Of a stretch of 64,000 nucleotides of DNA, positions 24,700-34,750 are shown one piece after another. Within the stretch, counting starts at the first letter, position 1, and every line of letters begins with the position of its first letter. The stretch lies in contig JBHGNT010000011.1 of NCBI GenBank assembly GCA_043228905.1, positions 17,732,001 to 17,796,000 on the forward strand, in the 5' to 3' direction. A program made the translations under genes and the position numbers. The stretch comes from Azolla caroliniana (lineage: Eukaryota; Plantae; Polypodiophyta). The notes beneath the pieces were generated by a model that was given only the letters and a program-made list of their open reading frames with translations, ran no database searches and had not been told where the DNA came from.

Positions 24700-26218
24700 C
24701 TAAAGCATACAAAAGGCTTTAGATCGTCCATTTTCAAGAATTCAACTTGGGATTCAAGTTTCGAGCAATGGATTTTGATGGTGCATTCATTACAAGACTT
24801 TTCATCATTCTCATTGGAGAGATCTTGCAATCTACTTGACTTTATAGTAATTTTAGTTTGAGGGCGAGCATAATGACAAATTTATACTTAGCTAAACAAG
24901 TATGGCTAATTCACATTTTCATCAAGATATTTTCTATATTATCTGTGAAGTGAAGGTAGCATTAGGTTAACAAGCTCAATGGTAGGGTAGACGGGTGCAA
25001 CGATAGAGCTTACCACAAAATAGAAGGAAATGCGATATAGAGCTTGCATTCATTTCAATGCATTTTATATTTATCGCTTAATCTTTACACAATGTAAGGT
25101 CAATTGCAAAAAATGTGATTAAATTGTAGTTATGAATCCTTATTGAGCCATTATTGGGTGGCTCAACTCATGAGTTTGCATCTTCAAATTGGTGGGTTAC
25201 CATTCATAGCTAGAAGCTAGTCTAGGATTGTTGCCAAATGGGCATTCGTGTTATAGGGTGTACTAGATATATGTAACATGAAGATCGTGATATTGGGTTG
25301 AATTGCCTCTTGTACGTTTGTTAAATATGCATCTCCATCATGATTTGCTTCATCTTATGCTTTCACTTTCTTAGTTGGGCCTTATCATTGTTTGCAAACC
25401 TAGTTTGATATTAGATCTCAATGTAGTGTCTCCAATAGCACTTAAAACATGTAATACTTGTATGTTAGGGAGTCCACGGTCAATGATAAATTGGAAGCTT
25501 GGGCCTACAACTTGATCAATGGAATTTGGAGATCACGATCATGTGTGTTTCGGACTCGTGACTACAAATAGTTGTAATTGAAGGGGGGGGGGGGGGGCAC
25601 TAACAATGGATATAGTTGTATCCTTCTCTGAAGAAGATGAACATGGCCTATATATAATAGATGTAGACATGTTTTTTTGGGCTTTTCAACTGCACCCCAA
25701 GTCTGTACATAAACCGTTGCTTCCTCGACTACATCCATAGGTTTTCATTTTCTCTATAGCTATATGTATTAGTTCCTTCGAGATTATGGCTTCATGGATC
25801 GATACTTTGGTGGTTGGGTAAATATTAGGAAAGTATGTAATGTGAGATTCCCCCATGTTTTCTATTTCCTTTTGTCTAACACCCCCCTCCCCTCACCATG
25901 TTTCCAAGGGTCAAAATGACAATGTGCAAAAATTCCTTTTCCATATAATCCTTTCTAGGAGCTTGGCAAAAAAGGCACATGCCTTAAGCTCTAAGTATGT
26001 GACCTAAACTAGGCAAGGTATGTGACCTAAACTAGGTAAGGTATGTGACCTAAAACTAGGCCCTCCTTCCCCAAATGGAGGGACCAACAATCAAAGGAAA
26101 AGAACAAGAGGAGGAGGAGCGAGAAGGTTGTGGTGTGGGAGAGACCACACATATACATATACTGTATATGATATACCGTATACATATATGTACATATATA
26201 CATACACATATACATATA

Positions 26219-26338
26219 CTGTATCGTGGTGTCTAACTACTACCAAATATTAAAGAGGCCAAGTGAGGGAATCGCGGAGAGGGACGGTGCAGGTCGCACC
26301 GCTGATGGCGCGTTCGATCTCCACCGTCCAAGATGGAT
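26219..26338 (+). repeat. Left TIR of the MULE
   Basis: Reverse complement of 34751-34870. Confidence 0.92.
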
Positions 26339-26373
26339 GTGGAATAGGCGCGAAAAAGCGCGCCACGTAAAAA

Positions 26374-26635
26374 GGGAGCCCGGCTCATACAAAATGGAGC
26401 CCGACTCATTAAAGAAGGGCTCCTTTTCGCAGAAAGGGAGCCCTTCTCATTCATGTTCAGGGAAGTATAAAAACCCATTCAAGCAAAATGGAGCCCGACT
26501 CATTAAAGAAGGGCTCCCTTGGAGCCCGACTCATTAAAGAAGGGCTCCCTTGGAGCCCGACTCATTAAAGAATGGCTCCATTTTGTCAAAAGGGAGCCCT
26601 TCTCATTCATGTTCAAGGAAGTATAAAAACCCATT
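26374..26635 (+). repeat. Left subterminal GGAGCCCGACTC array
   Basis: 7 direct copies plus 4 inverted GGCTCC half-copies. Confidence 0.9.
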
Positions 26636-26864
26636 TTCTGTCATTTTCTGTCATTTTCTGTCATTCGTGGGTTTGAGGGTTTAGGGTTTTTGAGCGAGGC
26701 GCACCACCTGTCTGCGAGCACTCGTTGCAAACATCTCCGGTGAGGCACTGCGAGCACCTGCAGTCCAGAGGTAGGCATCATATTCCTTCTATTAGGTTTT
26801 GGTTTTTATTAGGTATCATATTCTTTCTATTAGGTTTAGGGTTGCTTCTAATAGGTACCATAAA

Positions 26865-27640
26865 TGTGTGTATGATTAAATACATGTATGTGTGTATGAT
26901 TCAATACATTTGTGTGTGTATGTGTATGATTAAATACATGTATGTGTGTGTATGATTGAATACATTTCTGTGTGTGTATGATTGAATACATTTCTGTGTG
27001 TGTATGATTGAATACATTTCTGTGTGTGATGGGTTTAGGGTTACATGTATGTGTGTATTTAAGATCTTCTTTGGGCTGTGAATGTGTGTGTTTGTTGTAT
27101 GATTGAATACATTTATTTGGGAATGTGCGTGTATACATGTGTATGATTGAATACATTTCTGTGTGTGTATGATTGAATACATGTATGTGTGTATGATTGA
27201 ATACATTTGTGTGTGTGATGGTTGAATACATGTATGTGTGTATTTAAGATCTTCTTTGGGCTGTGAATGTGTGTGTTTGTTGTATGATTGAATACATTTA
27301 TTTGGGAATGTGTGTGTATACATGTGTATGATTGAATACATTTGTGTGTGTGATGGTTGAATACATGTATGTGTGTATTTAAGATCTTCTTTGGGCTGTG
27401 AATGTGTGTGTTTGTTGTATGATGAATACATTTATTTGGGAATGTGTGTGTATACATGTGTATGATTGAATACATGTATTTGTGTATTTTAGATCTTCCA
27501 TGGGCTGCGAATGTGTGTGCATGTGTATGATTGAATACATGTTTGTGTGTATTTAAGATCTTCTATAGGCTGTGATTTAATACATGTATGTGTGCATTTA
27601 AGATCTCCCATGGGCTGTGTATGATTGAATACATGTATGA
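26865..27640 (+). repeat. TATGATTGAATACAT/(TG)n minisatellite with a higher-order unit of about 120 bp, inside the MULE
   Basis: Directly visible. It lies within a predicted 5' UTR intron of the ZnF-Ulp1 gene (candidate donor 26771, acceptor 27867). Confidence 0.9.
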
Positions 27641-27867
27641 TTTTGATTTTGCCAACATTTGAATGTCATTTAAATGCCAACATTTGAATGTCATTTAAAT
27701 GCCAACATTTGAATGCTTGAATTTGCCCATGTGATTCATGCAGTATTGGGCTCTTTTTTATGCCCACATTTGAATGTCAAATCTAAAATTTTGTATACAT
27801 TCTTTGCGTTTTTTCTCCCTAAATAATAGTAATGTAATGAATGCCTTTCTAAAAATGTTTTGTACAG

Positions 27868-29885
27868 ATGGCTAGTCGGTCCAAGATCTTCATAGACTTT
27901 GATGCAGATTGGGGTGAAACAATACCCTATGAAGGGAGGTATGGCATGAATCATTTCTCTACTTTATATTGTGTATAAATAATAATGTTTGTGTGCTAAC
28001 TTGAATGTTGGTTTAGGGTTTATGTAAGAAAGGGTGTTAGGTGCCCCAAATCCAATGATACGGAGGCTGAAAACATCATTACTCAAGACTCGAGCATGGA
28101 TACGAACCCCATGCATGACGTGGGTCCAGGTGTTGAAGATATCAAAGTAAATGGTGAGTTTATGTCCATTCTTATAATCATTATTGATGTAAGCATATTT
28201 TGGGTTTTTCTAATGCAAATGTGACACCATTGTTGTAGTGGACCCTATGTCCCTCTTCAAGTGTGGAAGAGACTCAACAGGTATCAAATGTCGCACCTGT
28301 ATTGTGGGAGATTCGTGTAGAAAAGAGGGGAGATGGTTTCGAAAAAAAGCGGACATGGAGGCCCATTTACAGAAGGCACATGGCATCCATGTAATACTGC
28401 CTCGGGGGCTAAAGATAGACGAAGAAGAGCAATCGACCTCCATGAGGAGTACAGCCACATCATTCTTCAGCGAATACGAAAGACAACGATCAATAAATCG
28501 TTTTTTGGATCCGGAGCTCAAGTATAATAGATCACGCCAATCACACATGAGGAAGTTGAGGACAAGAGCAATAAAAATCTTCAAAGCCACTCCGGACTCA
28601 CTTCGAACATGCAAGGAGGCTGATTTCATTGCTCAATTCGTTAGCCAACAAATGGCCAGGTATGACGAGGGAAAGGAGCATAGGATGGCAAAAGTGAGGT
28701 TGAAGATTGCGGATGCGTCTAAAGATTATGTAAGTATGGTTTATGATTTTGTGTGCATCTTATGTGAGTTTAAAACTTATGATTATGTGTGAATCTTATG
28801 TATGAATTGTAGTGTAAGAGTCATGGAATTCCCATACCAAAGGATGAGGCACATGTCGAGATCGATGGTGGTCAAGACCAACTGTCAGAATCGACAATGC
28901 AACAAGCAAGGAGGCCGAAAATCCAAATCCGCAGGAAAGAAGTGGACCCATGTAATTTGGAGTTCATTACATCATCTGACACAGATGAGGATGCAGACAT
29001 TGGGATTGTCTTTGTTGGTCCAGGGACAATCTCGAAAACATGGGATAACTCTGCAAGAAATAAGTTCACCAGGTATGTTGTTATGCTGGGGGCATGATAT
29101 CAATAGTTAACATCATGTTTGTTTAGTAGTTACTAATCTAGCCTAATAAACAGGTATCAGGTGGCATGCCGACGACTGGATGTAGCAGTCTTCTTGTCGG
29201 AGATACAACTATGTTCGTTGATCACAGTAGGGGAGATGGCATCCACATGGATGATAACCCTCTTCCATTTATGGATGGAGTACTCGCTGCCCCCCGAGAT
29301 CAACAAGCGGTTTCATATTGTGGATCCGCTATGGGTACAACTAGAAGGCCAAGGCGATAAGGTCAAAGACGTACTCACTCGTGTTCCTGAAAGGGATTAT
29401 GTCTTCATTCCAATATTGAACGCAGGGCATTGGGTGCTTTGGTTGAAGATGCGACAAACTCCTACGGGTCTCGATGCCAAGGTGAGGAGCCCAATTATAT
29501 TTTGTGATCCACTAAATATTCATCCGACTACCAGGGTGCGGACATTGGGTGATTTGGCTATACGACATATCTCGAGTCGGACACATGACCATTGCATCAT
29601 CAACAACGGGCAATTCCATGAATTGCGTATCCCAACCCAACCTAATGGGACCGATTGTGGGTATTACGTGATGCAAACTATTCGCATGTTGGTCGAGGAG
29701 TTGATTCAAGGATTTGAGTCCGATCAATTTGTAAGTATTTATGAGATTTGAATTTGAGCATTTGTTTTTGTTTTTGTTGATGGCATCTTCAATTGTAGGG
29801 TAAGGAGCAATGGTTTGGATTCGAAGACGTGGAGCTCCTTCGGAAAATCATGGCAAAATGGGCACGAAGGACTTTGGGCATATGA
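27868..29885 (+). CDS. Transposon-encoded C2H2-like zinc finger plus Ulp1/C48 SUMO-protease protein, 6 exons, 540 aa
   Basis: Exons 27868-27938, 28017-28153, 28239-28729, 28813-29072, 29154-29730 and 29799-29885. All junctions are GT-AG and phase-compatible; the total is 1623 nt with no internal stop. Catalytic motifs GHWVL, FCDPL and QPNGTDCGYYV, then C-terminal WFGFEDVELLR. Confidence 0.85.
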
Positions 29886-29894
29886 CTACGTGGA

Positions 29895-30320
29895 GTCATT
29901 TTGCAATGGTTGTATATGACTCAATGTAAATCATTTTGGTTGTATATGAATCTCATTTTGGTTGTAGATGACTCAATGTAAATTGCAATGGTTGTAGATG
30001 ACTCAATGTAAATCATTTTGGTTGTATATGAATCTCATTTTGGTTGTAGATGACTCAATGTAAATCATTTTGGTTGTAGATGACTCAATGTAAATCATTT
30101 TGGTTGTATATGACTCAATGTAAATCATTTTGGTTGTATATGAATCTCATATTGGTTGAATATGAATCAATTTTTGAATCTCATTTTGGTTGTATATGAA
30201 TCTCATCTTGGTTGAATATGAATCAATTTTTGAATGGCATTTTGGTTGTATATGAATCTCATTTTGGTTGTGTATGAATCTCATTTTGGTTGTATATGAA
30301 AATCATTTTGGTTGTATATT
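29895..30320 (+). repeat. Tandem array of CATTTTGGTTGTA(T/G)ATGA units inside the MULE
   Basis: More than 15 visible units of about 23-30 bp directly after the Ulp1 stop codon. Confidence 0.9.
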
Positions 30321-30602
30321 GGAATTGTTTTGGGTGTCAAAAGAATAAAACTAATAGCTTATTGACAAGTAGTCACGGCAATGGTTTTTGAGAAAGGCCA
30401 AGAAAGAGTAAGTATATAGAAAGAGTGTTGTAATCAAAGAATGTTGTTGTAGAAAGAGTAAGTATATAGAAAGAGTGCTTCGGTCCTTGTTGTAAACAAT
30501 ACGAAAGACATAACAAGACTCAATGTCAATCTTATTCAAAGACATAACAAGACTCGATGTCAATCTTCTTCAAAGACATAACAAGACTCAATGTGATTAG
30601 TG

Positions 30603-30993
30603 TGGAGCTCGACTCATTCATGTTCATTAAAAAAGGGAGCCCCACTCATTAAAAAGGGAGCCCGACTCTAGTAAAAAGGGAGCCCGACTGATCAATGTGG
30701 AGCCCGACTCATTCTTGTTCATTAAAAAAGGGAGCCCCACTCATTAAAAAGGGAGCCCGACTCTGGTAAAAGGGAGCCCGACTGATTAATGTGGAGCCAG
30801 ACTCATTCTTGTTCATTAAAAAAGGGAGCCCCACTCATTAAAAAGGGAGCCCGACTTTGGTAAAAAGGGAGCCCGACTCATTCATGTTCATTAAAAAAGG
30901 GAGCCCCATTCATTAAAAAGGGAGCCCGACTCTGGTAAAAAGGGAGCCCGACTGATAATGTGGAGCCCGACTCATTAAAAAAGGGAGCCCGAC
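30603..30993 (+). repeat. Internal GGAGCCC(G/C)ACT array (17 copies) upstream of the transposase
   Basis: Same motif and orientation as the left subterminal array, with a higher-order unit of about 95 bp. Confidence 0.92.
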
Positions 30994-31164
30994 ACAGTAA
31001 TAGGGAAGTGCCCAACTACGTGTAATGATGGCGTCTCAACAGTCATATTAACGACTACAGTAAATTAATTCACCAAATTCAGTAGCATGCACTAAGAGTC
31101 TTCCCATCATTCCCAATTAACCCATTCCCTTCCTTAATAGTCTATTAATCACTCGCACTCATAT

Positions 31165-31451
31165 CATTCACTCTCATTCTCGATCGTTAATCTACTCCAT
31201 TCATGTGAATTATTTGAATTCATTCACTTGAATTCATTTGATTTCATTCACTTCATTCACCTCAATCATTGGCATTCTTGATCATATTGTATTTGATTTC
31301 ATTTGATCATATTGTAGGCCATTTGATTTCATTCACTCTCATTCTCGATCATTAATCTACTCCATTCATGTGAATTATTTGAATTCATTCACTTGAATTC
31401 ATTTGATTTCATTCACCTCAATCATTGGCATTCTTGATCATATTGTATTTG
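31165..31451 (+). repeat. Direct duplication (period about 165 bp) in the transposase leader
   Basis: cattcactctcattctcgatc...ggcattcttgatcatattgtatttg starts at about 31165 and 31330. Confidence 0.85.
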
Positions 31452-31453
31452 CT

Positions 31454-34363
31454 ATGGAGAGCACAATGCATCATGGTGTCTTCGCCATGTCAGAAGATGA
31501 ATTGGAGGATACGTCATGGTCATCCAATGCATCCGAGGACGAATTGGAGGATCCTTTTGAGTCATCAGATTCCGATCGTGAGGATGAGGCGGTCGATCCC
31601 TTCATGTATTGTTCCCCCAGGTATTTTGCATTTTCAAGAGGTACGTATAATTTGATGATTAAAGATTTATTGGGACAAGTTAAGGTAACATTGGAAGCAT
31701 TACGTGATGTCGCAAGGGGAGCACCTCTTTCACTTCATGCATGGAGGCGCATGAAGAGTCGTCTCATTCTCAGGTTTGAGAGTGCAATTTACCTTAAAGC
31801 ATCACCTAATCTTCAAGTCTTATACGTCGAGAAATGGAGGGAAGTAGTATTAGCGTCACATGGTGACACATCCCATCACACGTTTTCAAAGACTCTTAAA
31901 GAGTTAAAGCTAGTTTATGCGACTGATGTACGTGATTATGGCATCCCACCGGAGTACGTGAAAGCACTCATTACAAGTTGTGGTTGCCAAACGGTATCGA
32001 AGGTCGACTCGATAGAAGGTTTGGGATCAAGCATGGCCAAATATAACAAGACCCTACCCATAGAAGTGATCAAGGTAGAAACCCACCAATTAGACGATGC
32101 GCTCACGGATTTGCAAACCAAGTACCACACACGTTTAAGGAAAGGAGTCAAGAAGGGTATGCGTGTGACTAGGTATAGTTGCCATCGTGCTGGGACATCT
32201 CGACTTGCGTCTAATTCCACTCGACGACACAGGTGCACACCCCGATGTGGGTGCACATTCCATGTGGATGTTAGAATCAATAATGATGTTGACATTGAGA
32301 CACTTACCATTTCAATATATGGACCTCACAGTGGTCATGTACCATGTAGTAGGTCGGATGTGTACCATTTGCCAGTACACCCCAATGTCATAAGTTGTTG
32401 CAAAGATGACCTATTTGATGTTGGGTGTGCAAGGCATGTGGCACGAATGAGCATGCGTAAGGAAGCATATCATAAGTCCAAGGCTAGTCCATTAGAGCTT
32501 GTTACCTATCGGTTCTTTATGATACCAAAGGAGGTCCATAACATGGCAAATAGGTTAAAAATCGGGAGTGTCATGACTAAGGTTGATTGGGCTTTGATGA
32601 TGCAAGATGCCTATGCACTCCGAGATCTTGGGAAAGTGGCTCATGTTCAACCCTACTTGACTGGTGAACCAGGATCTCCCCCCATACAACCATTTATCTT
32701 GATACTTCAAGATCAATGGATGTTGGAAATGTGTGAGCGGTTGACCCTAAACAACTCTTGGGCAATCGACTCGACATTTAAAACAAACCAATTCGGGCTA
32801 CCATTATATGCAGCAGTTGCCCCCAACGCCATGGGAATTGGGATCCCATTATGGTACATGCTTTGTAGTTCTGATAAGGGATCAAACCATGAGCAAGTGG
32901 CATTAGAAACTTGTTTGAGAGTCATATTCGCAAGGATGCCCATGGTGAGGCCAAATGCGATAGTGATCGATAAATGTTGGACATCATATAATGCCATAAC
33001 TAATGTGGTTGCAACAGACCGTCAATCTTGGATTGTTGTAAATGGGCAACGGTCCCAAACACATTGTCGACTTTTGTTGTGTCAGTTTCACGCCAAAAAG
33101 TCATGGGTGGACAACTTGTTGCCAAAAGTAAGTGCAAATGAGAGAATCCATCTTTATCAACGAATGTGCCAACTGATGCAATGCATTACTGAATCATCAT
33201 TCAATGCAATGTGTGAGGAGTTAAAGTTAGAATATGTGGACAAGCCCGGTGTTTGGCAATATATAGAAGGAGGATGGTGTGGCTTGACATGTGTGTGGAG
33301 GAAACTCTGGCCCAAGTTTGGTAGAATGTTCAACTATGGACACGTTGACACTACCAATATTGTGGAAAGACATTGGCAGTTTATCAAGTATACTACCTTG
33401 AGGGGAAGAATAAACCGATCAATTACCGACCTTCTGCATGTCTTAATCGGGGATAGTGAAACTGGCACTTGCATAGGAGGAACGGTAATAGAGTGGTACA
33501 AGCAACGACAAGAAATATGTGAGAGTGGTCGGTTTGCACCCCGTGCGAATTGTAGGGATCAAAGGTCCCGACTTAAAGAAGCGGAGAGAATATTGGAAAG
33601 GTATGTCGACAATACTTCCACAATTGAAATTGTCGACGAGGCCCGATATTGGTTTAGAATCTTGAGCATGACGACTCCCACTCTATGGTATAATGTCTCA
33701 CTCCAATGCTCATATTGTGATTGCCAAGACATTGTGAGTAAATGTAAGCATTTACTAGGTATCCGAATGATTATTGAGAGGCATATGCCACATTTATGTG
33801 GCTCATTGCCTTTTATAGATCACGCGACCCAAATGCGAATGGACCATAATACAGAAATAGAAGTGGAGGCAGAGGTAGAGCAAGTAGAGGAGACAAACCC
33901 CACAATATCCGAGATTGAATCATTCAAGTCCAAAATACAAACGGTCATGAAAGCACTTCAATGTCTCGAGCAAGGGTTAGGAACCTTCGATCGTGCAACT
34001 ATTGTCGAAGGTATACAAACATTGGAAGATGTGGCTGAGAAGGTGTATCGCGTTGGTGCACCAAAATCAACCAATAAAGAAGATGGTAGATCAATAAGTC
34101 GCAACCAACAAATCGGTGCCAAAAGAAGTGCAACAATAGACATCTCGCAAGAACTTATTGGCAGCTCCCCAAACACTTCCAAATCCCACTCCGGAAAACT
34201 ACAAAGAGGTGCTAGTCGGGCTAGGAGGAGATTGCCATTGGTTGACCATGAGAAGGTTCGGTGTTTGCGTTGTGATGGCTTGACCTTGACTTCAAGGGAC
34301 TCAAATGTTACATGCTGTAAAAATTGTGGTTGCATCTTGCAATCATCCCGACATGAGCCATAA
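31454..34363 (+). CDS. MULE DDE transposase with WRKY/GCM1-like finger, SWIM finger and C-terminal C4 ribbon, about 969 aa
   Basis: WAIDSTFKTNQFGLPLY (D1), IVIDKC (D2), CQFH, TTNIVER (E), SWIM CDC..CKH, YSCHRAG..RCGC..HSGH. The first ATG is at 31454; the ORF track starts at a TTG. Confidence 0.93.
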   Translation: MESTMHHGVFAMSEDELEDTSWSSNASEDELEDPFESSDSDREDEAVDPFMYCSPRYFAFSRGTYNLMIKDLLGQVKVTLEALRDVARGAPLSLHAWRRMKSRLILRFESAIYLKASPNLQVLYVEKWREVVLASHGDTSHHTFSKTLKELKLVYATDVRDYGIPPEYVKALITSCGCQTVSKVDSIEGLGSSMAKYNKTLPIEVIKVETHQLDDALTDLQTKYHTRLRKGVKKGMRVTRYSCHRAGTSRLASNSTRRHRCTPRCGCTFHVDVRINNDVDIETLTISIYGPHSGHVPCSRSDVYHLPVHPNVISCCKDDLFDVGCARHVARMSMRKEAYHKSKASPLELVTYRFFMIPKEVHNMANRLKIGSVMTKVDWALMMQDAYALRDLGKVAHVQPYLTGEPGSPPIQPFILILQDQWMLEMCERLTLNNSWAIDSTFKTNQFGLPLYAAVAPNAMGIGIPLWYMLCSSDKGSNHEQVALETCLRVIFARMPMVRPNAIVIDKCWTSYNAITNVVATDRQSWIVVNGQRSQTHCRLLLCQFHAKKSWVDNLLPKVSANERIHLYQRMCQLMQCITESSFNAMCEELKLEYVDKPGVWQYIEGGWCGLTCVWRKLWPKFGRMFNYGHVDTTNIVERHWQFIKYTTLRGRINRSITDLLHVLIGDSETGTCIGGTVIEWYKQRQEICESGRFAPRANCRDQRSRLKEAERILERYVDNTSTIEIVDEARYWFRILSMTTPTLWYNVSLQCSYCDCQDIVSKCKHLLGIRMIIERHMPHLCGSLPFIDHATQMRMDHNTEIEVEAEVEQVEETNPTISEIESFKSKIQTVMKALQCLEQGLGTFDRATIVEGIQTLEDVAEKVYRVGAPKSTNKEDGRSISRNQQIGAKRSATIDISQELIGSSPNTSKSHSGKLQRGASRARRRLPLVDHEKVRCLRCDGLTLTSRDSNVTCCKNCGCILQSSRHEP

Positions 34364-34545
34364 TCTTAATATGTAACGTGTATATTCATATTTCATTTTA
34401 GGGTTGTCAACATTTGACATTTTAATATTTTATGTAAGACTTGTTATTTGAATCTTTAGGTTTTGTTGAGAAATTTTATGATCAGTTTCATGGCAAATAT
34501 TTGTTGTACACTTACAATTTTGTGGAGTTTTTGATGTTTGTTGCT

Positions 34546-34725
34546 ACAGAGTCGGGCTCCTTTTGACAGAGTCGGGCTCCTTCTTACTGATGTGATCTGA
34601 CAGCGGGGCTCCTTCTGACAGAGTCGGGCTCCCTCTTGCATAGGCTGTCTGACAGCGGGGCTCCTTTTTGACAGAGTCGGGCTCCCTGTGGCAGAGTCGG
34701 GCTCCTTTTCGCAGAGTCGGGCTCC
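34546..34725 (-). repeat. Right subterminal array (8 inverted copies of GGAGCCCGACTCTG)
   Basis: cagagtcgggctcc and cagcggggctcc repeats are directly visible. Confidence 0.92.
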
Positions 34726-34750
34726 TTCTGACAGACGTTGTCAGCTTTTT

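Noticed and set aside
26848-27475. His/Thr-rich repetitive ORFs on the minus strand
   Set aside because: They are translations of the (TG)n minisatellite.
28238-28792. Separate third (VANC-like) gene
   Set aside because: It splices in frame to the Ulp1 exons through canonical junctions, so one gene is more parsimonious.
30603-30993. CRISPR-like array
   Set aside because: Eukaryotic context, spacers are short and themselves repeated, and there are no cas genes. The same applies to 41600-41870.
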